A DNA stretch of 64,000 bases from the human T2T-CHM13v2.0 reference genome, Homo sapiens, in assembly GCF_009914755.1 (NCBI RefSeq), contig NC_060940.1. The stretch is one strand, 5' to 3'. A program made the translations under genes and the position numbers. Below, one piece after another: positions 1-11,000 of this stretch. The notes beneath the pieces are model-generated. The model was not told the DNA's origin and did not search any database. It was given only the letters and a program-made list of their open reading frames with translations. Each line of letters opens with the position of its first letter. Within the stretch, counting starts at the first letter, position 1.

Positions 1-122
1 TTAAGGTAGGCTCGGCTAAGCTATCATGTTGAGTAGGTTAGGTGTGTTAAATGCATTTTCATCTTATGGTATTTTCAACTCGGTATAGGGTTTAATCCCA
101 TCCTAAGTTGAGGAGCATCTGT
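1..122. mobile_element. MER47/Tigger5-type TcMar DNA transposon end (cut by window edge)
   Basis: ggtaggctcggctaagctat...taagttgaggagcatctg followed by TA; matches recalled MER47 terminus. Confidence 0.75.
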
Positions 123-134
123 ATCTGTTTTGGT

Positions 135-240
135 CCTGACAATACCCCATGAAGGAGGTGCAATTACCCCTGGCTTAGGGTTGAGAAAACTAAGAGGTTT
201 AGTAATGTGCTTGAGGCCATGCTACCTGTAAGCAAGAATC
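135..240 (-). mobile_element. MIR fragment
   Basis: gagaaaactaagagg...tgcttgaggccatgctacc, degenerate MIR core. Confidence 0.55.
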
Positions 241-990
241 ACTCCAGGTTTTTCTTGTTTCAAAACTCCTGTTAACAACTGAGTTGCTATACTGTTTTAG
301 TAGGTCAAGATATACTATGTGTTTCAAAGGGCTTATAAATTATAAATGCTACTTAAAATGATGTAAAGTGGTATTATTGTTGTCATCATGTATATATTTT
401 CAACTCTCTCATTGGCATCTTGAGGTTTCTCTTCTATGAAATTCTTTGCCCTAGGATGGTCCCCTTTGTCAAAGAGAGACACATTCTGAACAAGGTCAGA
501 CAACACAGATGGAGTTTGGATTCGGGCACTGGTGACAGTGAAGACTCAGATGAGGTTCTTGAGTACTTTCAATTAGGTTTACCACTGACCCCATCAGTGT
601 GCAGACGAAGGGAGATGAGAGATACAGATGGTTAATGGGATTTTTGGGGTATCTTCCAGCCTTTGTGAGCACAGAGGTTTCGCTACATTTTGAAAATTAA
701 AATTCATTTCATTCGCATTACAGATTTTAAATCCTAGCTCCTTTTTAAGCTTTTAATTCCAACTTGCATTTCTTATTATTCTGTTTACAAACCTGACAAA
801 TTTTAGCAGTCGTTTTGAGGAGATCTAGAATAATGTTTCATCTCATTTTTGAATTTAGGTACAGACCTTAAAAATATTATGCTACATTTCTAATATTAAT
901 ATCTTGCTTTCTTATTTAGGAACTTTTCCTGACAAACTTCCCAAGAATGTAATTTTGTTATATCCATATGATAAACCTTAAGTATTCTTA

Positions 991-1158
991 AGCCAGGTGC
1001 AGTGGAATTCCCCTGTAGTCCCATCTACTAAGGAGACTGAGGCAGGAGGATTGCTTGAGGCCTGGAGATCAAGGCTGCAATGAGCTATGACTATACCTGT
1101 GACTAGCCACTGCACTCCAGCTGGGCAACATGGTGAGACCCTGTCTCTAAAAACAAAC
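991..1158 (+). mobile_element. FAM (fossil Alu monomer)
   Basis: Monomer retaining the 7SL-like cctgtgactagccactgcactccag segment; 18-bp TSD aaaccttaagt(a/t)ttctta at 973-990 and 1159-1176. Confidence 0.85.
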
Positions 1159-1289
1159 AAACCTTAAGTTTTCTTAATGTTCTGACACTTTTATAAATGT
1201 AGTATTTCAACTTATGGTCACCATTCTGTAATGATTATCATTTGTACATTTAAAATAGAAACTGTTAGGCCAATGTGTTATTCTAGAAT

Positions 1290-1507
1290 AGGACTTGACA
1301 GACTTTTTTTTAAATAAAATGCCAGATAGTGTTTCTAGCTTTGCAGTTCAGATGGTGTGTGTTACAACTGTTCAGCTCTAACTTTGTATGAAAGTAGCCA
1401 TAGGCAATACACAAATCAATGCACCATCTGTGTTCCAGTAAAACTTTATTTATAAAAACAGGTCACGGGCCACATTTGGCCCATCAGCCATAGTTTCCCA
1501 ACCTCTG
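1290..1507. mobile_element. MER58A (hAT-Charlie MITE)
   Basis: gttccagtaaaactttatttataaaaacagg...tttggccc...ccatagttt. Confidence 0.8.
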
Positions 1508-1548
1508 CTTTGGAAGGCCTAACTCAGTTAAACATTACAAGTTCATGC

Positions 1549-1865
<317 letters not shown>

Positions 1866-2169
1866 TCATGAGATACCACATACGTGAATATATGCTAACA
1901 CAGCAGCATTATTTTTTGGTTAATCGATGATTATCAATGCTTCTGTGATTTTAAAAAGGAGAGTCAGCTATTCCCTCTTCTGCCCGCTGATATCTACAGC
2001 CTCTACCAGATGGTACCTCACTTAATTGAGGTTTGCCTTTTTTCAGGCTCTTCTAATGATCTTCTGGCCAACTCTAAATCACCTTTAAACTTCATGGAAT
2101 TTATGCATTCTTGTTAATTTATATCCATGTAATATCAGGGTATTTCTCTTTGTAGCTGCATCTTCTAAG

Positions 2170-2385
2170 ATAATGGTTTTTCATGGAGACTGGCATTGTC
2201 CCGTCCCTATGAGGGGGACATTTGGGAATGGCATTTTTAGTACTCACAAGGTAACTGGGGCACTCTTGGTCTTGGGGAGGGGAGGTGGCTGGGGACGCAG
2301 AGGGTCCTGCAGTGGGTGGATACTTACAACATAGAAATGTCCTGGCTCTTGATGCTGGCTACACCCTCAGTAAGAGATACTGTCC
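2170..2385. mobile_element. MER20-like hAT MITE
   Basis: gggggacatttgggaatgg...aaatgtcctggc...gagatactg. Confidence 0.55.
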
Positions 2386-2423
2386 TAGGGTCATTTTTTT
2401 CAACCCACACTAGTTACGTGGAC

Positions 2424-2605
2424 TGTCTTAGTCAGTCCAGGCTGCTATAACAGAATACCGTTGACTGGGTGGCTTGATTTTTTTTTTTTTCTCCCAGTTC
2501 TGGAGGCTGGAAGTCAGATATCAGGGCACCAGCATGGTTGGTTTCTGGTGAGTGCTCTTTTCTGCATTTGTGGACAGCTGCCTTCTTGCTGTGTCCTCAC
2601 TTAGT

Positions 2606-2662
<57 letters not shown>

Positions 2663-2810
2663 ATCTCTCTTGTGTGTCTTTCATTCATGAGAACTCCACC
2701 TTTGTGACCTTATTACTTCTGAGAGGCCCTACCTCCAAACACCATCTTATTGGGTGTTCTAGTTTAACATATGCATTTGGAAGAGAGAGGAACATATTCA
2801 GTCCATAGCA
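2424..2810 (-). mobile_element. MLT1A-type MaLR solo LTR
   Basis: tgtcttagtc...cagttctggaggctggaagtc...attcagtccatagca. Confidence 0.85.
2611..2660. repeat. (GA)n microsatellite inside MLT1A
   Basis: About 25 GA units. Confidence 0.98.
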
Positions 2811-3061
2811 TGAACCAACCACGTGCACAGAGGTGTGCCCCAATTTACTGTCAGTGCAGCCTTCACAGGCAGGAAACCCACCAGGTCCAAGGAAGGGGCA
2901 CTCAGCTGTTACCTCCTGTCATAGGACCATTCCTCACTGTGCCATCATATTATACTTCCATATCGTGTGTCTTGTGGCATTCCTGGGCCTGCAGTGAGCC
3001 TGTGGCCACCTCATAGTCTTGTTGGCCACAGCCTCTAGAACCAGGGATTGGAGGAACAGCC

Positions 3062-3120
3062 ATCGCTAGCATGGTGCTTGGCACTGAGCGGGTGCTTAGT
3101 GAATATTTATTGAATGATTT
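3062..3120 (+). mobile_element. L2 3' end fragment
   Basis: gtgcttggcac...gtgcttagtgaatatttattgaatga. Confidence 0.65.
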
Positions 3121-3282
3121 CCAACTAATGGAAGAAAGCTGAATAGCACAACACCCAGAGGATTGAGGTTTATTGAAAACCAACCCAAAGGGCTATGGTG
3201 AAAATCATCTCAAAAGGCAGAGGGCAAGAAATTGATATTTATTGAGGGCTCTCAGTGGGTGTTGTAGGGGGAAGGAAGTACA

Positions 3283-3510
3283 ATGTCCTGGAGCTAGGCT
3301 GCCTAGGTTTGAATCCAGGGTCTGCCAGATGTAGATGTGTGATCTTGGGCACGTTTTTCAACCTCTCTGTGCTTAATCTTCTCCTCTTTAAAGGTGGGCT
3401 AGTGATAGTTACCTCACAAGGTAGCTGTGAGAATGAAATAATGATACATAAAGCACTTATAACAGGACCTGGCATGCAGTGAGTATCAGTGGGTATTTGC
3501 TGTGGTTATT
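3283..3510 (+). mobile_element. MIR
   Basis: ggtttgaatcc...tgtgtgatcttgggca...acctcacaagg...aaagcactta. Confidence 0.85.
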
Positions 3511-3559
3511 TAGTTATCTACTTTACATGTACATGTAAAGAACTAGGGATATCTGTATT

Positions 3560-3675
3560 AAGACAGGGTCTTGTTATGTTTCCTGGGCTGATCTCAAACT
3601 CCTAAGCTTAAGTGATCCTCTTGCCTTGGCCTCCCATAGTGCTGGCGTTTCAGGCTTGAGTCACTGTTCCTGGCC
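3560..3675 (-). mobile_element. FLAM (free left Alu monomer)
   Basis: agacagggtcttgttatgtt...tcccatagtgctgg...cctggcc. Confidence 0.8.
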
Positions 3676-4201
3676 TACTTACCTTCTTTTTGATCTTCTG
3701 AAGTCACCCCCTCCATCTGACAGGAGGTTGAAGGTCCGATGGCCACATAGGTGGCAGTGCTGGAATTTGAACCCAGGCCTTCCTCCCTTACCTCTCTCTA
3801 CCTCTATCTCTTCTATCTACCTGTCTCTACTCCCTCTCCCTACTTTTCTCTTTTTCCCAGCCTCCCCCCGATATACTCAACATATATCTCCCTCTCCCTC
3901 CACCCACCTGCCTCCCCCACACTCCTTCTTTCCCTCTCCTCTGCAGGGAGAGCTTGGAAACCAAGAGTCTATGAGCTCGAAGGGAGCATGCAAAGGTGCC
4001 AGGCAGGCCCTCAAAGCTGGGAAGCTGCAGTAGGGGTTCTTTGGGACCCAGTTAAGCAGTGGGCCCTTGCTCTGAGATGCAGTCTGCTGAGCTGCCATCT
4101 GGGGACACATCTTGAGTTTCTCTCCATGATGGCGCAGCTCTCAGCGTAAAGCAGTCTATGGAGTGAGAAGGGAAAAGGCCCCAGTAATAAAAGGCAAAGG
4201 A

Positions 4202-4301
4202 AGCCTGGTGAAGTGACTCATACCTGTAATCCCAGAACACTGGGAGGCCGAGATGGGAGGATCATTTGAGCCCAGGAGTTGGAGACTAGCCTGGGCTACA
4301 T

Positions 4302-4367
<66 letters not shown>

Positions 4368-4625
4368 TGCAGAAGTTTTATATATATATAAAGTTTTATA
4401 TTTATATCTATAAAGTTATATATATATATATATATATATATTTATTTATTTTCAAGACATGGTGGCATGCAACTGCAGTGTCAGCTACTCCGGAGGCCGA
4501 GGCAGGAGAGTCACTTAAGACTGGGAGCTCGAGGCGGCACTGAGCAGTGATGACTCCACTATACTCCAGCCTGGGTGACAGAGTGAGACTTTGTCTCAAA
4601 AATAAAATATAAAATAAAATAAAAA
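4202..4625 (+). mobile_element. AluJ whose central linker is replaced by a (TA)n-rich tract
   Basis: Left arm ends near 4301, AT-rich tract 4302-4452, right arm 4455-4597, then A-rich tail. Confidence 0.85.
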
Positions 4626-4685
4626 GGAAGAAATAGCCAGTAGTGCTTTCTTGTAGACAGAGAAGCTGGTGAAATGGTGTAACCA

Positions 4686-4998
4686 GGCTGGGCATGGTAG
4701 CTCACGCCTGTAATTCCCAGTACTTTGTGAGGCTGAGGTGGGCAGATCCCATGAGGTCAGGAGTTTGAGACCAGCCTGGCCAACATGATAAAACCCCATC
4801 TCTACTAAAAATACAAAAATTAGCCAGGCACAGTGGCTCATGTCTGTAATCCCAAATGCTTGCTCGGGAGGCTGAGGCAGGAGAATCACTTGAATCTGGT
4901 AGGTGGAGGTTGTAGTGAGCTGAGATTGCACCACTGTACTTCAGCCTGGGCAACAGAGCAAGACTCTGTCTCAAAAAAAAGAACAAAAAAAAAAAAAA
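4686..4998 (+). mobile_element. AluS
   Basis: Full dimer; TSD gaaatg(g/a)tgtaac. Confidence 0.93.
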
Positions 4999-5652
4999 GA
5001 AATGATGTAACTGGTAGGGAGAAAGCCAAAGGTTAGAAAGAGAACATGAATTGAGAATGGAAAGATCGCAGAGGAAGCAGATTTGTCTGCACACCTCTTG
5101 CATGTGTATTTGGAGAAGCTCTGTGTGCTGCGGGTCGAGGGAAACACATAACTGGAACAACTGTCCTTTTCCACCATTGTTAAATCCTGCTTTGCTCACT
5201 GCAGGAGAGGGGGATTATATAGGAGCTTCTGGAAACAGATGCCTTGGGAGCTCTCCTCCTTTTCCAGAACTCCCACACTTGCTCTTGTAGATCATCATAG
5301 GATAACTCTCCGCTCCCTTTCCTAAGAAAATTGATCTAAAAAGTAATTATGGAATCTTGCAGTGCTTGTTGGGATCAGAGAAGGCTCCTCCGATGATGGG
5401 ATGTTAGGTAGAGGGCTGCAGGGACCTTGCTTTTAGTCAGGAGGCAAATCAAGAGCCAAGAGAGGGAGGGGTGGTCGTGAGTTTTTATGATGTTCCTTCT
5501 CTTCTCCGCTCCTTCCTGACAAGAGTCTGTCTCTTTTCTCTGTGTGTCATAACTACCCACATTCACCCCGGCAGCCCATCTACCTTGTTTCTCTCATAAG
5601 TCAGCTTCTCTCCCATCTTTCCTGTGAAAATTTCTAACAAAATGGGAGTTAA

Positions 5653-5933
5653 GGCCGGGCATGGTGGCTCCTACTTGTCATTCCAGCATTTTGGGAGGCT
5701 GAGGTGGGAGGATTGCATGAGCTCAGGAGTTCAAGACCAGTGTGGGTAACATAGAGACTCTGTCTCTACACATTTTTTTTTTAATTAGCTGGGGATGGTG
5801 GCTTGCACCTGTAGCTCCAGCTACTCAGAGGGAGGCTGAAGCAGGAGGATCCCTTGAGTCCAGGAGTTTGAGGCTGTAGTGAGCCCTGGTCTCACCACTA
5901 CACTTCATCCTGGGCAACAGAGTGAGATGCTGT
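5653..5933 (+). mobile_element. AluJ followed by a T-rich rather than A-rich tail
   Basis: ggccgggcatggtggctc...gagtgagatgctg, then (GTTT)-like tract. Confidence 0.88.
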
Positions 5934-6244
5934 TTTGTTTTTGTTTTTTTTTGTTTGTTTGTTTGGTTTTTTTTGGAAAAAGAAAGAATCACCATAAAAA
6001 AGATGGGTAACTCAGAAATTTCAAATGCTTGAATTTCTTGGGTTGGGAAGAATATCCCAAAATGTGTTTCCAACTACCTCACTGATTTTGACTTCACAGG
6101 GAGAATATTTTGATTTTTATGCTCTGAGTTGCTGGTACTGCTGTGGGCACAGAACTGGGTATGACAGAACATTTTTCTGAACTATGACTCTGATCTTCTC
6201 AATCTCTCAGTGGGAAAGAGTTTTGGAACTTATTATTTTTAAAA

Positions 6245-6360
6245 ACTTGGTAAAAGATTTATACCATAATATTTATCATTTTAACCATTTCTCAGTGCAC
6301 AATTCAGTGGCATAAAAGGGCATTCCTGTTGTGCAACCATCACCCCTATCCATCTCCAAG
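6245..6360 (-). mobile_element. L1M (L1MB-like) 3' end fragment
   Basis: cattttaaccattt...caattcagtggcat...gttgtgcaaccatcacc. Confidence 0.7.
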
Positions 6361-8234
6361 TGAACTTGATTCTTAAATCTCCCAGCCATCTGTTTCAATT
6401 CACTAGATGTTGTTCCACCCAGCACGTCATGGTGGAAAGGGGCAGGCTGTGATTTTTTTTTTTTTTAACCTCCAGCAGCTGTGTTCCCTGTGGCAACTAT
6501 GTAACCTCTCTGAGCCTCAACATCTGTCTATAAAATGGAAACAGTGCAACCTACCTTAGCATTTGATGATCTCAACTTGGATCCCATAGCGGGTATCTCC
6601 AAAATTTCCTCATCTTGACTACGTTCTGGTGAAACTTAAGATGTCAGCACATGACCTACCTCCCTTCCCTTCTCATTCATCTGCATTTTCACAATGCTTG
6701 GTTTTATCTTTTATACATATAATGCACAATACATGTAGTGCCAACAAGAATTATAGTTTCTGTAAGTAGTGTATGATTGCCCACGGATCTTCAGTAACTC
6801 ATTAGGCACTGACGGGCTGACATGAGCAACAACGAGACTTAGTATCTGTTGCAGCTCTCCATACAGTTTACGAAACTCTAATCCATAAAAGCCGTTTGAA
6901 ATTTCCATTAGGAGATTTGCACAAGTGGTTAAAATTAGTCATGCATTCTTGGTCTAAACTGCAGGAAGGGTATCTTTACTGTGAAAATGATTATGACATG
7001 TTAAAACTGTGTAATAGTAAGCAGACAGTTTTCCGAGCTGCTGGGTGAATTCTGGAAATGCTCTATTATTTTCTCCCTGTTGACTCCTTTCTTTCAGGCA
7101 AGACAGCCAGCATGTTGACTTGGAAAACAACTGAGGCTGAGCAGTTTCAGAGCATTGACATTACGTGGCTTCTTTTGTGGGCCACCCCAACTCTTTTATT
7201 TTTTTTAATTGCTGCTTCTTCCTCTAAAATACAACTTGTTTTTTTTTTTTTTTAAAGAGGAGGAAGCCTTAAAAACCAGCGACAGTCTTGGTTTTCTTAA
7301 CCTGTCCGCCATTTAACATTTCTAGAAGTGCAACATTGCTTCTAAGGTAAGGGCAAGGACCATGACTTTTGCATGCTGAAAATGAGCTGCCTGGTTTATT
7401 GAGTTAGTTATTCCTTTTTAGTGCCGCAGTGTTTTCAGTGTTAGAGAAAAGGCTGTGATTTTCTTTGATATTAAAAAGCCAACCACTTATATTTTCCAAA
7501 GCCATTTGCATTCAGTCTGACGGCCGCTAAAAATGTATGTGGATTTTTCATCTGAGAGGTTTTCTCTATGCATATTGTTTACATTTATCAAATGTTGTCC
7601 TGCCCAGTACTTTATATTCATTGTTGCTTCCGGACCTAGCTGACAACATGGTCTATATGAAAAACAACACAAAACAACGCATAAGAGAGTCAAAGGGACT
7701 TCTTTGGGGAGAATATAAAAACAAGCCAAGGCGAAAGTGGCTGTAAAAATGCGTTGTGTTCCCAAGTGGAGGCTCCTTCTTTGTTCTGTCATCAGTTTGT
7801 CAGTTGTCAATCAAACCTCCCTTCGCCTCACACGTTTGCTAATGTAAGAAGTGCTGGCTCTGCTCTTAGCCTGCAGTGGTGCAGCTTAAAAATTCTGGGA
7901 GGGTTTCATGCAGTAAATACTTAAAATAACAGAAAAGGACTGGGGAAAAGCTGATGTTGTAGCTGTATGATCACCCATGTAAAACTGTTTATTTAGTTAT
8001 TTATTTATTTATTTGCTTTTTTACTTCCTTTTCTATGCCTTTGGTGACTTTGTGTAATGCTGTATGTACCATCAGAGCACATACTGCTTTTGTGCACACA
8101 TACATTGAAAACAAAATGAAAAAACAAGAATAAAACAAAAACCCTATTCCTATTCCTACAATTCTGGTACTTTGCCACAAGGTGGTGGTAGTGTATCTTG
8201 AGTAAGGAATATGACCTGCTAGATATAAGCATCT

Positions 8235-8340
8235 GTTTATTTACACACTAAGGAATGTTTGAGTGTGGAACGTGGTTTAGATGCTGTGCGTACAGCAGTG
8301 ACTCAGATAGGTGTGTATTCTCAAGAAGCTTTCATTCTAA
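8235..8340 (-). mobile_element. L2 3' fragment
   Basis: tagatgctg...acagcagtga...ctcaagaagctttcattcta. Confidence 0.55.
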
Positions 8341-9127
8341 TGACACATACTTTGTCTCCAGTCAGAGTTATGGCAGGTTTTTTTTTTTTTTTTTTTTTTT
8401 TGACTAAATTCACCCATATTTGATGGCAAGTGTGATCACAGCATGTTTATAAAAATCATTCTTAATTAAGGCATTTCCATCTTATCAAGCCCCCTATTTA
8501 ATAAGGATATCAAAAAAGAAAACAGTTTTCGTGCATATGTGTAGCTTTTTAGATTCACTTTTTCCTTATTTGACCCATATAAACTTTGTCTGTCTGTGTC
8601 TGTCAGTCTCACACACATCCTTCAACACATCTCTTATTTCTTTCCAGAGCCAGGCTAAAGCACCCTTGCCATCTTCTCTCTCTGCTGTTAAATTAGATGC
8701 CTTCTCCAGGAATCTCTCTGGGGGCATCCTGAGCCTTCCCGATTCCATTTCAGATTTCTTTCTGTAATCAAGAGCTCCATCTCTGTTGCTTTCCTGGGGC
8801 TCTTCCTCTCCTCTTTTTGAAGCTTTTCATTTCCCTTTATATTCTTTCATTCGTCAACTACAAAGAAGCTGCAGGCAGGAACAAGAGAGCTCAGCACACT
8901 TGGTGCAGTCTCTCTGGCTTGGTAATTGGTCCCAAGAAAATAGTTTTTTTCCAATTATGGCAACATTGAAAACTTATCCAGGAGAGGATAGGCTCTTTCA
9001 GCTGCTCTTTCTCGATCCTTGCAGTTTCCCTTTTGACCTGTGGGTACACATGGTACTGACGCGATTGGCACCTCAGATGGTTCTTCCTGACAGCTACCCT
9101 TGCACCTGACTCAGGATACAAACTACC

Positions 9128-9284
9128 TTTTTTTTTGGAGACAGATCTCACTTTATCACCCAGTCTGGAGTGTAATTGACGCAATCCTGGCTGGCTGCAG
9201 CCTTGACCTTCTGGGCCCAAGCAGTGTTCCCGCCTCGGCCTCCCAAAGTATTAGGATTACAGGCATCAGCCGTCATGCCTGGCA
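9128..9284 (-). mobile_element. Monomer-length Alu (left-arm 5' end joined to right-arm 3' end, or FRAM-like)
   Basis: Contains both tcccaaagt and ctggagtg; TSD acaaact(a/g)cc. Confidence 0.75.
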
Positions 9285-9922
9285 CAAACTGCCTTTGGAA
9301 GTGAATCAGTCAGTTGCCTAGTAGGCCTAAGGAGACCATGATCCATGTAAACCATGGAATATTTTAAGCAGAAAAGAACGTATTCCCCTTCAAGGACAAA
9401 GTGCTGGAATAATTGACATCCAGGTTATCACAGAGCCTTCCTATAGTGTTGATTCTGATCACTCAAATAATCTTAGTGTTAAAGGGTTTATTTTTATTTT
9501 TCTACCTTCTTTTACCACCCCTTACTCCCATCAGAGCACCATCAGTCTTTTGGGAATAAAATAATTCCTCAGATATATTAAAAAGCTATAGAAGCAGAAG
9601 TTAACGTACATGCAAAAATCTCTACATTTCTCAACAATTGTGTAACCACTAAATATAGGGAAAGAAGTGTGCAAGGTATAAGACATTGGCCATGCGTCCT
9701 TGTCTGTGCCACCTCACCAGGAGCATTGCTCCTTTTTATGCACAAGCATCAGAGGTTCTGGACATCTTCTTGGGCTAGTTGGTATAGCTTCCTTCTCAGC
9801 TCATTCTGCAAGGTTTGCTTTGGAAAAGTCTGTGCATCTGAGCTCTCTCTTGCCATATCAGGAACCCAAGTCAGAAATAAAGGCTACAGATGCTCAAAAT
9901 CTGCAGTATTCAATCTTTTTAA

Positions 9923-10163
9923 GGCCCAGCATGGTGTCTCATGCCTGTAATCCCAGGGCTTTGGGAGACTAAGGCGGGTGGATCACTTGAGGTCAGGCAT
10001 TCAGGACTAGCCTGGCCAACATGGTGAAACCCCATCTCTACTAAAAATACAAAAATTAGCCTGGTGTGGTGGTGCACACCTGTAGTCCCAGCTAGTTGGG
10101 AGGCTGAGGCAGGAGAACTGCACTCTAGCCTGTGCTAGAGAGCGAGACTCTGTCTCAAAAATA

Positions 10164-10210
<47 letters not shown>
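9923..10210 (+). mobile_element. AluS with right-arm deletion and (TAAA)n tail
   Basis: aggagaa joined directly to ctgcactc; TAAA repeats at about 10164-10210. Confidence 0.9.
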
Positions 10211-10235
10211 AGTATCTGTCCCCAAGTCACAATGC

Positions 10236-10286
10236 TATTCGGTTGGTGCAAAAGCAATCGTGGTTTTTGCCATTACTTTTAATGGA
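10236..10286. mobile_element. MADE1 (Hsmar1 MITE), partial
   Basis: ggttggtgcaaaagcaatcgtggtttttgccattacttttaatgg. Confidence 0.85.
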
Positions 10287-10334
10287 ATAGTAAATAACAC
10301 TTGATCTTTGGTCTTCTGACCTGAAATCCCATGG

Positions 10335-10722
10335 CTAGGATTGTCAGATAGAATACAGGACACCTGGCCTGTTACAGTGGCTCACACTTATAATCCCAGC
10401 ACCTTGGGAGGCAGAGGCAGGAATATCACCTGAGCCCAGGAATTTGAGGCTGCAGTGAGCTATGACTGCACCATTGCATTCCAGCCAGAGTGGTAGAGCA
10501 AGACCCTGTGTCTTAAAACAACAAAAACAAAAACAGGACACCTGGTTAAATGTGAATTTCAGGTAAATAACATATTTTTTAAAAATGTATCCCATGCAGT
10601 ATTTGGAGCATATACTCTAAAAATTTTCTTTGGGATATACTTCTAAGAAATGATTTGTTGTTTATGTGAAACTCAAATTTTACTCGGCATCCTGTGTTTT
10701 TATTTGCTAGACGTAGCACCTA
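10335..10722. mobile_element. MER53 MITE interrupted by an Alu monomer
   Basis: cagatagaatacaggaca...ttaaatgtgaatttcag...ggcatcctgtgtttttatttgcta. Confidence 0.8.
10366..10532 (+). mobile_element. Monomer-length Alu (collapsed AluJ or FRAM-like)
   Basis: TSD acaggacacct at 10355-10365 and 10533-10543. Confidence 0.8.
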
Positions 10723-10819
10723 CCTGTGACATCTTTTTGTTTCTGCCCTGCTGTGTCACAGGGTCTTGGTATCTTTCCTCCTGTGATTCTGACACTACCT
10801 TGGGAAATGACTCTGTATC

Positions 10820-11000
10820 AAGCGTTTACCATCTGCTGAAAGCTTTGCATACTCTGTTGCTTATCATGACAACTGCCCTGAAAGTTGGGTGTAATTGTTA
10901 CCCCTTTCCAGATTAAAAAACCTAGGGGTCAGAGAGGTTAAGTAACTTGCTCAAGACCTCACAGTGAACTGTGGTGGACCACTGGGATTAGAACCCAGTG
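10820..11000 (-). mobile_element. MIR
   Basis: cagagaggttaagtaacttgctcaag...gggattagaaccca. Confidence 0.8.

Noticed and set aside
991-1158. 7SL RNA gene or pseudogene
   Set aside because: Lacks the S domain; fits FAM
4408-5199. Alu-derived ORFs here and throughout (LECSG.ISAHCNL, PASAS motifs)
   Set aside because: Standard translations of Alu sequence, with no exon context
8378-8401. Orphan poly-T (also about 25077-25097) as a tail-only retroinsertion
   Set aside because: No TSD or adjacent retroelement body seen
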